64,000 nucleotides of DNA, from the NCBI GenBank assembly GCA_027324255.1, contig DAHVTI010000320.1, positions 1,409 through 65,408 of the forward strand. Reading direction: 5' to 3'. The translations under genes and the position numbers were made by a program. The stretch comes from Bryobacterales bacterium (lineage in GTDB: Bacteria > Acidobacteriota > Terriglobia > Bryobacterales > Bryobacteraceae). The notes below the pieces were generated by a model. It saw only the letters and a list, made by a program, of their open reading frames with translations. It made no database searches and was not told the DNA's origin. Each line of letters opens with the position of its first letter. Position 1 is the first letter of the stretch. Shown piece by piece: positions 1 to 8,867 of this stretch.

Positions 1-2
1 GG

Positions 3-2417
3 CAGGTCAACGGGCAGGTCGCAGGCACGCCGGCCGACCCGGAGGTGGCGGCATCGGTGGGCGCGGATGCGTGGGTGGTGCGGCTGGAGCGACTGCTGGA
101 CACTGGCGCGACGGTGCCGGTGAGCGCCAGCGGCAACATCAGCGAAGTGCTGTACCACGTGAAGGCGACGACGGCATGCCGCGCGCTGTGCGAGCAGATG
201 AACGGCACGGCCTACGGGCAGTCGGCGCCGTTCGGACTGTCGGCGGAGGCGGTGGGGACGACGCTGCGGATCACCACGACGGAGGGCGGTTACGATGCCA
301 ACTTCCTGTCGATGTACTGCGTGTCGAAGAACAGCCGGCTGACGGCATCGCCGGCGGCGGCGAAGTTCGCGGGCGGCGCCTCCACGGTGACGCTGCGGGT
401 GACGCTGGACTTCGCGGCGCTCGGCTGCCCGGACATCCGCCGCATGTGGCTGACGCTGGCGCCGCGGCTCGAAGACGGGCGGGACTACGAGGGCGCGGAG
501 TGGAAGGCCGTGTTTTCCAACTGGACGTTGGCGGGGCCGGAGGAGGTGAAGCGGCTGCAGGTGGCGGGACCGGGCAGCGTGCTGGTGGAGGCATTGGACG
601 AACGGTGCGCGACGAGCGGGGCGTGGACGCTGGAAGAGGGGTTCTACCTGGGCAACCATGCGCTGGTGGCGATGCAGGCCGGGGCCGAGGCGACGGTGCG
701 GTACTACTGCGCGCAGCCGCACGAGGTGTGGGTTTGGACTTCGCTGTACGGCGACCGCGGGCCGTCGGCGGTGGAGTTGGACGGCGCTCTGCTGGCGGCT
801 CTCGATCCGGCGACGCCGTCGGACACGGCCATCATTACGCGGCGCAGGGTGGCCGCGGGCGTGGCGGCGGGGGACCATGTGCTGCGGCTGACGGCGCTGG
901 GCCCGGGGCCGTTCTATTTCATCGGGGCCGAGGCGGTGGTGCCGGGCGACGTGCCGGATCCACTGCCGGCGCAGACGCAGGTGACTCCGGCGCTGGACTA
1001 TTCCACCGACCACACCTACAAGCTGCCGCCGGCGCGCATCCTGTGGATGCTGGACCAGTTGGGCTGCAAGGGCCCGCTGAACGAGTACATCGGCATCCTG
1101 TGGTGGAACGAGCGGAAGCGCGTGGACGGCGTGGCGCCGGAGCTGCGCATCGAGTTCAGCGGGCAGTTCGAGCCGGGCGACCAGGTGTTCCTGACGATCG
1201 GCGGGCAGACGCTGGGCAAGAGCCTGTTGCTGCCGGAGCCGGCGGAGCAGGTGGCGCGGCACTTCGCGATGATCGTGAACGCGACGCTGGTGGGGGTGTG
1301 GGCGCGCGTGGAGGGCGCCGCGCTGGTGTTGCGGGCCCGTTCGGCGGCGCCGGCCTACTCGTATCCGGTGAGCGTGGTGGTGGAGCAGGCGGCAGGCTCG
1401 ACGGGAGCGGCTACGGGCGGCGGGACGCTGGGCGGAGGCTCGATGGGCACGTGGGAGATCGACGAGGCGGCGGCCCGCACGGTGAACTTCGGGGCGCGAG
1501 CGTGGCACAGCGACTTCTACAACCTGTGCGCGGCCGCGGGCCGGGAGGTGCTGACGGCGATGTCGATGGAGCTGGTGAACCCGCCGGCGTCGCTGGCGGC
1601 GCGATACGCGGACGGCAACCCGGTGTTGACGGACATGGGCTTCGGAGGGCTGCGATCGACGCACTGCGCCTTTTCGCCGGGGATGCTGGCCTACCAGCAG
1701 CGGGCCTTCCTGGAGGTGGCGGACCTGATGGCGGCGCAGGGGCTGACGCCGGAACTGCAGTGCGGCGAGTTCACGTGGTGGTACTTCACCAACCACAGCA
1801 CCTCCAACCCATTGGGCGGCATGGCGTACTACGACGCCGGCACGGCGGCGGCGGCGCAGGCGGCGCTGGGCCGGCCGCTGGAGCTGTTCAGGAGTCCCGG
1901 CGACGATCCGATGGTGAACGGCGGGGCGGACGCGAGTTTCCTGCGCGCGCGGCTGCGGGACTACGCCGCGGGGCTGACGGCTCACGTGCGGGCGAGCCAC
2001 CCGGCGGCGAGGTTCGAGGTGCTGTTTCCGTACGACGTGAACCATCCGGAACCGGCCGGGATCCACGCGCTGGGCGGGCGGCTGAACCGGTTTGTGAATC
2101 TTCCGGCGGAGTGGGGGACTAAAGGTTTGTCCGGGTTCGACCGATTCAAGGTTGAAGCACTGGACTTTGGAGTATGGTCCCGGAATCTGGATTTGGCTCG
2201 AGAATGCCTGGAATTCCCCTTGCTGCTGGGATGGCAGGCGGATTCGGTTCGGGCCATGATCGGGGTGTTCCGCGGGGGATACCCGTGGAGAAGAGAAGTT
2301 GAGTATGCGAAGGATCTGGGCATGGCCAACGTCAGCCTTTGGGCCTTCGACCACGTCTGCCTGTTCGGGCTGGAGCCGGCCGTGGCCGGTGCCGGACGGG
2401 CGCAGTTGCAGGGATGA
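3..2417 (+). CDS. 5'-truncated large hypothetical protein with C-terminal TIM-barrel/GH-like domain; resembles phage/GTA tail-associated proteins
   Basis: Frame is open from position 3 (QVNGQVAGTPADPEV...), so the gene starts left of the window. The C-terminal segment STHCAFSPGMLAYQQRAF...ELQCGEFTWWYF recalls, from memory, the SPA...AMAYLQ...FQxGEPWWW motif of TIM-barrel proteins in alphaproteobacterial GTA-like/prophage tail modules. Confidence 0.55.
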   Translation, partial: QVNGQVAGTPADPEVAASVGADAWVVRLERLLDTGATVPVSASGNISEVLYHVKATTACRALCEQMNGTAYGQSAPFGLSAEAVGTTLRITTTEGGYDANFLSMYCVSKNSRLTASPAAAKFAGGASTVTLRVTLDFAALGCPDIRRMWLTLAPRLEDGRDYEGAEWKAVFSNWTLAGPEEVKRLQVAGPGSVLVEALDERCATSGAWTLEEGFYLGNHALVAMQAGAEATVRYYCAQPHEVWVWTSLYGDRGPSAVELDGALLAALDPATPSDTAIITRRRVAAGVAAGDHVLRLTALGPGPFYFIGAEAVVPGDVPDPLPAQTQVTPALDYSTDHTYKLPPARILWMLDQLGCKGPLNEYIGILWWNERKRVDGVAPELRIEFSGQFEPGDQVFLTIGGQTLGKSLLLPEPAEQVARHFAMIVNATLVGVWARVEGAALVLRARSAAPAYSYPVSVVVEQAAGSTGAATGGGTLGGGSMGTWEIDEAAARTVNFGARAWHSDFYNLCAAAGREVLTAMSMELVNPPASLAARYADGNPVLTDMGFGGLRSTHCAFSPGMLAYQQRAFLEVADLMAAQGLTPELQCGEFTWWYFTNHSTSNPLGGMAYYDAGTAAAAQAALGRPLELFRSPGDDPMVNGGADASFLRARLRDYAAGLTAHVRASHPAARFEVLFPYDVNHPEPAGIHALGGRLNRFVNLPAEWGTKGLSGFDRFKVEALDFGVWSRNLDLARECLEFPLLLGWQADSVRAMIGVFRGGYPWRREVEYAKDLGMANVSLWAFDHVCLFGLEPAVAGAGRAQLQG

Positions 2418-2549
2418 GATAGCAAACTCAGGGTGCACCCCGATGGAGCTTGGTGGGGGGGGCGCCTCAAGGTTGGTAACATTTGCACCTAGCAGGATTC
2501 GAACTCTGAAGCCGCTGGTACCATGCCTTTAGAACGGAGTGTCATCTAG

Positions 2550-3536
2550 ATGCGGTGTCATCGATGCGGGCGGCCGATCAGCCCGCTGAGACAGCTCACG
2601 GACCTCGAGTTCTGCAGCGAAAACTGCAGGAAACGGGGCCCGCGCGCGTCCGCATCGGTGATCCGCGACGTGGAATACGAGGTGGATCCGTACTGGCAGG
2701 CGGCGCAGGAGCAGGCGAACAAACCGGCGAGCAAGGCGTCGAACGCGGCGCTGGCGACGCTGGTGGCCGGGCTGGTGGGGGCGATGGTGGTGGCGCGGAT
2801 CTGGTTCCCCGACGCCGGAGCGGGAGCGGGCGGGCCGAGTCCGCTGGCGCAGGTCGCGCCGACGACCTCACCGCAGACCGAGGCCGCAGCCCGGGACCGG
2901 GCGCTGCGCCAGGAAGACACCGGGCTGACAGGCTGGTTGCAGCGGCACCTGCCTGGCGAGAAGCCGTTGCAGGCCAAGGTGGATTTCAGCCTCCAGGACG
3001 CCGATTGGCTGGGGAGCGCCACGGGCTGGAGCCGGCGGGGCGGAGCCATCCAGCCGGGCCTGCTGCGGCTGTGGAAGCCGACGCTGGCGGCCAAGGATTA
3101 CGAGATGGAGTTCCAGGCGTCGATTGAGAAGCGCGGCGTGAGCTGGGTGTTCCGGGCCCAGGACAACCGGCACTATTACGCCACGAAGATCCTGCTGTCG
3201 AAGGCGGGACAGGCGCCCGGCGCCAGCATTGTGCGGTACGGACGGCAGAGCGCCGTGGAGTTTTCCAGGACGGAACTGCCGCTGCCCATCGTGCTGCAGC
3301 GGGAGAAGAACTACCGCATCACGCTGCTGGCGGAGGGCAACCGGTTCACGACGCTGATTGACGGGCGCGTGGTGGACGAGTGGACGGACGGACGGCTGAA
3401 GGCCGGCGGCGTCGGGTTCTTCGCCGAAGATGGGGAGTCCGCCGGCATCCAGTGGGCGAGCTTCCGCGAACGGAAGGGCGTGTTGTCGAGGCTGATCTCC
3501 GCCAACCTGCTGCTGCCCCCGGGCATGCTCTACTGA
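2550..3536 (+). CDS. Membrane-anchored hypothetical protein: N-terminal Cys4 Zn-finger-like motif, one TM helix, C-terminal ConA/DUF1080-like beta-sandwich
   Basis: CHRC-x15-CSENC; hydrophobic ALATLVAGLVGAMVVARIW; C-terminal RFTTLIDGRVVDEWTDGRLKAGGVGFFAE typical of DUF1080-like folds; GGAG SD upstream. Confidence 0.65.
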   Translation: MRCHRCGRPISPLRQLTDLEFCSENCRKRGPRASASVIRDVEYEVDPYWQAAQEQANKPASKASNAALATLVAGLVGAMVVARIWFPDAGAGAGGPSPLAQVAPTTSPQTEAAARDRALRQEDTGLTGWLQRHLPGEKPLQAKVDFSLQDADWLGSATGWSRRGGAIQPGLLRLWKPTLAAKDYEMEFQASIEKRGVSWVFRAQDNRHYYATKILLSKAGQAPGASIVRYGRQSAVEFSRTELPLPIVLQREKNYRITLLAEGNRFTTLIDGRVVDEWTDGRLKAGGVGFFAEDGESAGIQWASFRERKGVLSRLISANLLLPPGMLY

Positions 3537-3569
3537 CCCCCGGAGTGCTACCCTGAAATTTCCGCCATC

Positions 3570-4613
3570 ATGGGTTTGCTGGGGTCTTTGTATGCCCGCT
3601 GGATGAACCAGTGGGAAGAGCGATTGTGCTTCGCGGCGACAAACCGCGTGGTCCGTCCATTTGACTGGGGTCTGGAGTGGGCCGAGCACTGGCCGGCGGC
3701 CGCCCGCGCCCCGCAAAACGGCGATTCGCCCGGGGAGTGGCTGGCGAAGCTGAGCCGGCTGGCGATCGAGCGCAGCGACGAGTTCTTCGCGCACCGCACA
3801 CCGCGCGATTTCCACCTGGCGGGCAACCTCCTGCGTTTTACATCTTCGGTGAAGACGCCCTTTGCGGAGAACAACGTCGTCCACGGGCAGTGGTTTCCGG
3901 GCAAGAACCCGCGCAAGGCGGTGCTGGTGCTGCCGCATTGGAACGCGCCGCACGCCGCGCACAATGCCCTGGCGCAGGCCTTCCAGCGATTCGGCGCGAG
4001 CGCGCTGCGGCTGAGCCTGCCCTACCACGACTACCGGATGCCGGCCGAACTGCAGCGGGCCGATTACGCCGTCAGCTCCAACGTGGGACGGACGATCGAC
4101 GCCACGCGGCAGGCGGTGCTGGACATCCGCTCGGCGGCGGACTGGCTGGAGCGGCAGGGCGCGGAGAAGATTGCCATTGTCGGCACGAGCCTGGGGTCGT
4201 GCTATGCGTTCCTGGCGAGCGCGCACGACGAGCGGTTCCGGGTGAATGCGTTCAACCACTGCTCGACGTACTTCGCGGACGTGGTGTGGACGGGGCTTTC
4301 CACCATCCACGTGAAGCAGGGGCTGGAAGGGGTGCTGGACCTGGACCACTTGCGGCAGCTCTGGATGGCCATCAGCCCGACGGCCTACTTTCAGAAGTTC
4401 GCGGCCAAGCCGAAGAAATCCATGTTTCTCTATGCGCGCTACGACACGACGTTCCTGCCGGAGCTGTCGCGGGAAACGATCACCATGTGCCGGGAGTACG
4501 GCCTGGATTTCCGCGAAGTGGCGCTGCCGTGCGGCCACTACACGCTGGGCGAGAGCCCGTTCAAGTTCCTGGACGGCTATCACCTGGTGAACTTCGTGCT
4601 GCGGAACCTGTAG
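3570..4613 (+). CDS. Alpha/beta hydrolase family protein
   Basis: Nucleophile elbow GTSLG, YDT acidic motif and CGHYT histidine motif; host-like codon usage. Confidence 0.8.
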   Translation: MGLLGSLYARWMNQWEERLCFAATNRVVRPFDWGLEWAEHWPAAARAPQNGDSPGEWLAKLSRLAIERSDEFFAHRTPRDFHLAGNLLRFTSSVKTPFAENNVVHGQWFPGKNPRKAVLVLPHWNAPHAAHNALAQAFQRFGASALRLSLPYHDYRMPAELQRADYAVSSNVGRTIDATRQAVLDIRSAADWLERQGAEKIAIVGTSLGSCYAFLASAHDERFRVNAFNHCSTYFADVVWTGLSTIHVKQGLEGVLDLDHLRQLWMAISPTAYFQKFAAKPKKSMFLYARYDTTFLPELSRETITMCREYGLDFREVALPCGHYTLGESPFKFLDGYHLVNFVLRNL

Positions 4614-4699
4614 CCGGCCTGGCGCGATCCATCCGGGCGGGGACCAACGCGGCGTGAATGCGGGACTGCCGGAAGCGCACGCCGCCGGCGGCCGGCTTT

Positions 4700-5160
4700 T
4701 GGCCGATGAAGATTTCCGCGCCGCCGGTCAAGCGGCCCGCAATGGGGCGCCAGCGGCCGAGGCCAGGAGCGACGCAGCCCCGGGCGCCGATCCCATACAG
4801 CGCCATGCCGGACCGGGCCAGGCGGCGAGCGGCGTCGCGCACGGCCCGTTCCAGGTTGCCGCCCGACATGGGGTTGGCGGGCATGCCATTGGGGACGGTG
4901 GAGACGCGCGGCAGGAAGAGCGGGATGCCGCCGCCGATCCAAACGAGGCTCTTCCGCCCGGGGATGGCCTGGAGGTGGCGGCCGCCATTGAGGGCGGCAA
5001 AGCCGGAGGGCTGGAGACCGGCCATGGGGGAGCCGTCTTTGGCTGAAGCGACGAGGGAGATTTCGACGAGGCGCGTGGTGGAGCGGAACGCGGGAGGCGC
5101 CTGCGGCGAGAGCGGGAGGGGCGAGGGCGAAGCTGAGGACGGCAGCGCGAATCCGCAGGG
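4700..5160 (-). pseudogene. Remnant of an Acidobacteria-type VWA-domain protein (frameshift after the signal peptide, large internal deletion)
   Basis: Minus strand reads PPAFRSTTRLVEISLVASAKDGSPMAGLQPSGFAALNGG (typical VWFA N-terminus) joined directly to RHLQAIPGRKSLVWIGGGIP...LARSGMALYGIGARG (mid-domain). The signal-like RIRAAVLSFALAPPALAA is in another frame. Confidence 0.7.
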
Positions 5161-5190
5161 CTATGAGGAGCGATCTTCGAAGGGTCCCTT

Positions 5191-6432
5191 TCAGGCGACG
5201 GCGGTGCGGGAGTCGAACTCTTTCACGGCGTCGTACATGGCCAGGATGTTGGCGGGTGGGACGTTGGCCAGGATGTTGTGCACCTGCTGGAAGACGAAGC
5301 CGCCGCCGGGGGCCAGGATTTCGCACTGGCGCAGGACGTGCTCCCGGACCTGTTGGGGCGTGCCTTCGGGCAGGATGCGCTGGGTGTCGCAGCCGCCGCC
5401 CCAGAAGGTGATGTCGCGGCCGAAATCGTGCTTGAGGCCTTCGGCCTCCATGCCGCGGCAGCTAATCTGCACGGGGTTGATGGCGTCGAGGCCGGTTTCG
5501 ATCAGATCGGGCAGCAGGGGGCGGACGGCGCCGCAGCAGTGGAGCATCACCTTGACAGGCGCCAGTTGCTTTGCGCGGTTCCACATGAGGGAATGGCGGG
5601 GCTTGAAGAACTCGCGGTACATGCGCGGCGAGATCTGCGGGCAGTTCTGGGCGCCGAGGTCGTCGCCGAAGACGATCACGTCGATGGAATCGCCGACGGC
5701 GGCGAGGAAGCTTTCGAGGTTCTTGAGATGGATTTCGACGAGGGCGTCGAGGAAGCGGTGGGCGCGGGCGGGCTCGCCGGCGAGCATCATGAGGAAGCCG
5801 TCCATGCGGTAGTAGAACTGGCCCATTTCGAGGAGGTTGCCGCCGAACAGGCCGACGATGGCGCGGCTGGAGCGGGCGCGCAAGGCGCGGGCGCCGGCGG
5901 CGAGTTCGGCGGGGCTGGAGACGGCAGGGCCGGGGGGCGAGGCGATGCCGGTCCACATGTGCTCGGGGTAGAGCTCGGCGATGCGCGAGAGATCTTCCTC
6001 GCCGTCGAGGAAGGGCCACCAGGTCTGGTCGAAGTGGAGGGAGCCTTCGGGCATGCGGGCCATGACGGTGCCGCCGGAGTTGCGGTAGACCCACTCCGCG
6101 CCGGCGCGCTCGGGCACGGCCCAGGCGGGCATTTTACAGGGCGTGCCGTCGGGCAGGGTCCAATCGGCCCACCACCGATCCTCGAGACAGAAGCCCCGGC
6201 CGAGCTCGATGGCGTCGGCGCCCACGAGGTCGAGAACGTCTTCGTCGACGATGGCGAGCTGCTGGACGGGGTCGTAGACGTAGACGGGGCGGGGGGGCAG
6301 ACCGAGGGCGGCGCGCAGCTTGGGGTAGGCGACGGAGGAGATGCCGCTGGAGCGGTACGAGGAGAGATCCACCGGCACGCGGTCCGGCTGCGTGTGGTTC
6401 AATGCGTGGAGGATCCGTTCCCGTGACGTCAT
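5191..6432 (-). CDS. Uroporphyrinogen decarboxylase-family / MtaA-CmuA methyltransferase-like protein
   Basis: MTSRERILHALNHTQPDRVP start; GDDLGAQ, MLHCCG, FWGGGCDTQ, GGGFVFQQVHNI motifs. Start moved from the track's 6552 to 6432. Confidence 0.85.
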   Translation of the reverse strand: MTSRERILHALNHTQPDRVPVDLSSYRSSGISSVAYPKLRAALGLPPRPVYVYDPVQQLAIVDEDVLDLVGADAIELGRGFCLEDRWWADWTLPDGTPCKMPAWAVPERAGAEWVYRNSGGTVMARMPEGSLHFDQTWWPFLDGEEDLSRIAELYPEHMWTGIASPPGPAVSSPAELAAGARALRARSSRAIVGLFGGNLLEMGQFYYRMDGFLMMLAGEPARAHRFLDALVEIHLKNLESFLAAVGDSIDVIVFGDDLGAQNCPQISPRMYREFFKPRHSLMWNRAKQLAPVKVMLHCCGAVRPLLPDLIETGLDAINPVQISCRGMEAEGLKHDFGRDITFWGGGCDTQRILPEGTPQQVREHVLRQCEILAPGGGFVFQQVHNILANVPPANILAMYDAVKEFDSRTAVA

Positions 6433-7372
6433 GCTGAGACTCCTGCTGCCCAGTCTATTCGTTCTGGCCGCTTCCTGGAACGTGGGGCCGGCGCTGTTTT
6501 CGCCCGGAGCACCGGGCCGCTTCGACGAGACGGCGGTGAAGGATCCGAGCATCGTTTTCCACGGGGGGAGGTGGCACCTCTTCTACACGGCGCGGGGGCA
6601 GGGGCGGTACTCGCTCGGGTATGCCTCGGCGGAGACGATGGAGGGATTGCAGGGGGCGCGGCGCCATCCGCTGCCGCAACTGTCGTCCGGCGAGGCGCCC
6701 TACGCGGCGGCGCCGCAGGTCTTCTACTTCCGCCCGCAGCGGCGCTGGTACCTCATTTACCAGACCACGGAGGCGAACTACCAGCCGGTCTTCTCCACGG
6801 CAAAGCGCGTGGATCAGCCGTCCGAGTGGACGAGGCCACGACCGCTGATGGTGAAACGGGACGTGGCCAAGTGGATTGACTTCTGGGTGATCTGCGACGA
6901 GCGGTTCGCCTATCTGTTCTTCACGCGCGACCACAAGGAACTGTACTTCGCGCGGACCCGGCTGGAGCGTTTCCCGGAAGGCTGGGGCGAGCCGCGGCGC
7001 GCGTTTGGGCCGCTGCACGAATCGGCGCACGTCTACCAGGCGGCCGGGACGGAGAAAAAGTACATCCTGCTGTTCGAGACGCAGGAGGGGGACCTGCGGT
7101 CGTTCGGGCTGGCGGAGGCCGGTTCGCTGGACGGGCCATGGCGGGAGGTGGAGCGCCGCTTCGCGCCGGGCGCCGGGTTGAGCTTCACCGCAGAGCGGTG
7201 GACGGCGGAGGTGTCGCACGGCGAACTGATCCGCAGCGGCTACGACGAGCGGCTGGAGGCGGACGCGCGACACATCCGATTCCTGATTCAAGGCCTGCCG
7301 GCGGGCGAGCATCGGGGGCCGTACCCGGAACTGCGGTGGCGGCTGGGAGTGATCAGCGCCGAGCTGCCGTGA
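6431..7372 (+). CDS. Secreted GH62-like (five-bladed propeller) alpha-L-arabinofuranosidase-family hydrolase
   Basis: Signal peptide MLRLLLPSLFVLAA; VKDPSIV, AAPQVFYFRPQRRWYLIYQ, IDFWVICD, VSHGELIRSGYD motifs match GH62. Confidence 0.8.
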   Translation: MLRLLLPSLFVLAASWNVGPALFSPGAPGRFDETAVKDPSIVFHGGRWHLFYTARGQGRYSLGYASAETMEGLQGARRHPLPQLSSGEAPYAAAPQVFYFRPQRRWYLIYQTTEANYQPVFSTAKRVDQPSEWTRPRPLMVKRDVAKWIDFWVICDERFAYLFFTRDHKELYFARTRLERFPEGWGEPRRAFGPLHESAHVYQAAGTEKKYILLFETQEGDLRSFGLAEAGSLDGPWREVERRFAPGAGLSFTAERWTAEVSHGELIRSGYDERLEADARHIRFLIQGLPAGEHRGPYPELRWRLGVISAELP

Positions 7373-7376
7373 GCGG

Positions 7377-8666
7377 TTAGGAGAAGCGGGTCCGGCGCCA
7401 GAGCAGGTAACCGCAGACGAACAGCAGGACCAGAGTGGCGACGATGAGGACGGCCATCCAGAGCGGGTCGGCGTGGATGGGCGCGCTTTGGGCGCCGACG
7501 GCGAGCCAGACGAACAGGGCTATGGCGGCGGCGGCGACGAGGTACTCCCACAGGCTTCGCTTGGGGTTGGACTGGGCGAGGACGTCTTCGCCCTGCATGG
7601 AGGCCTCCATACGTTCGAGGTTCATGCCGTAGCGGCGGGACTCGCGGAGCATGGCCTGGCGGCGCTCGTCGTGCTCGGTTTCGGGGGCTTCGGCGAAGCT
7701 GATGGCGACGGCGCCGGCGATCATGACGAGGGAGCCGGCGATGATCCGGGTCTGGGCGCCGGCGGTGAGGCCGGAGAGTTCGCCGAAGACGAGAGCGCCC
7801 CAGGCGAGGCCCCAGAGCTGATTGGTGTTGGAGAGGGGAATGCCACGGCCGATGCCGATGTACTTGGCGGCGTACTGCTGGAAGAGGTCGCCGAGGACCC
7901 AGCAGAAGCCACCGAGGAAGAGCCAGATCATGACGGGGCGGGCCTTGGCGAGATCGGCGGCGACCTGGTGGAAGCCTCCGCCGAAGGCGATGGCGAGGGC
8001 GGAGACGGTGGCGAGCTCGCCGAAGGTGAAGACCGTCACGAAAGACAGCGGGTTCATGCCGCTGATGTAGGCCTTGCGGTAGGGGATGTACATGGTGCCC
8101 CAGAGCAGACCGGCGCCGAGGGCGGCGAGGATGCCGAGGGTGGCCGCGCCCCGCGGGCCGGCGGCGGCCTGGTGGGGGGCGGCGGCGGCGAGGACACAGG
8201 CGCCAGTGACGATGGCGGCGGCGCCGCCGAGCACGAGCAGCCACTGTTTCCTGCCGCTGCTGCGCAGCTCATTGAACAGGAGCCAGCCCCAGAGCAGGCC
8301 GACGAGGCTGTTGGTGTTCCAGAGGGGGAAGGCGATGGAGAGGCCGACGTTGCGGATGGCGAAAACGGTGAGCGTGTTGGCGACGGCCCAGAGCATGCCG
8401 GCGAGGATGGCCCAGACGACGAGGTGTTTTTTTTCGACGAGGTCGAGCCAGATGTAGCCGGTGCCTTTGAGGGCCACGGGGACGGTCCAGCGGGCGACGA
8501 AGACGCCGGCGACCATGCCGAGGGAGATGATGAAGGGCGAGAAGCCGGCGGTGACGAGCTTGGTGGGGGCTTCGGCGGCGCCGAGCCAGGCGCCGGCGGC
8601 GATGCCGCAGGCGACGCCGAGCCAGTGGAGGGAGCGCGAGGTGGTTTGAGCGGCGGCGGTGGCCAT
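7377..8666 (-). CDS. GRP-family (DMT superfamily) sugar transporter with C-terminal extension
   Basis: Ten or more TM helices; VGLSIAFPLWNTNSLVG and IGIGRGIPLSNTNQLWG repeats of GlcU/RbsU-like transporters; two extra TMs after a charged linker. Confidence 0.85.
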   Translation of the reverse strand: MATAAAQTTSRSLHWLGVACGIAAGAWLGAAEAPTKLVTAGFSPFIISLGMVAGVFVARWTVPVALKGTGYIWLDLVEKKHLVVWAILAGMLWAVANTLTVFAIRNVGLSIAFPLWNTNSLVGLLWGWLLFNELRSSGRKQWLLVLGGAAAIVTGACVLAAAAPHQAAAGPRGAATLGILAALGAGLLWGTMYIPYRKAYISGMNPLSFVTVFTFGELATVSALAIAFGGGFHQVAADLAKARPVMIWLFLGGFCWVLGDLFQQYAAKYIGIGRGIPLSNTNQLWGLAWGALVFGELSGLTAGAQTRIIAGSLVMIAGAVAISFAEAPETEHDERRQAMLRESRRYGMNLERMEASMQGEDVLAQSNPKRSLWEYLVAAAAIALFVWLAVGAQSAPIHADPLWMAVLIVATLVLLFVCGYLLWRRTRFS

Positions 8667-8670
8667 GGCG

Positions 8671-8760
8671 CTACTTCACCGCCGCCAGCACGCCGATGCC
8701 GATGGCGAGCACGAGCACGGGCAGCCAGAACTGGTTGTCGGTGAGAATCGCTTTCCACAT
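8671..8760 (-). CDS. 29-aa single-TM membrane peptide (MWKAILTDNQFWLPVLVLAIGIGVLAAVK)
   Basis: ATG at 8760, TAG at 8673-8671, 4 nt before the transporter start; GGGAGG and TACAAT (8821-8816) upstream. In the track only as the tail of a shadow ORF. Confidence 0.7.
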   Translation of the reverse strand: MWKAILTDNQFWLPVLVLAIGIGVLAAVK

Positions 8761-8867
8761 GGACTGTCGCAAATCAGCCTCCCTCGAAACCGTTGGCCCC
8801 GCGGGCAACTCCGCTATTGTAATCCGAACTTCATACCGGGCCTGCGGCTTTTCGGCGGCGGCGGGCA

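Noticed and set aside
2095-2417. Diversity-generating retroelement variable region in the tail-like gene
   Set aside because: No reverse transcriptase or template repeat in the window.
2475-2550. Intact tRNA gene
   Set aside because: No matching 5' acceptor strand, D-arm or anticodon stem; only a 3'-like fragment.
8671-8760. Virulence-effector identity for the 29-aa peptide (a name I recall on similar peptides)
   Set aside because: Far too short, and it is a simple TM peptide in a sugar-transport context.
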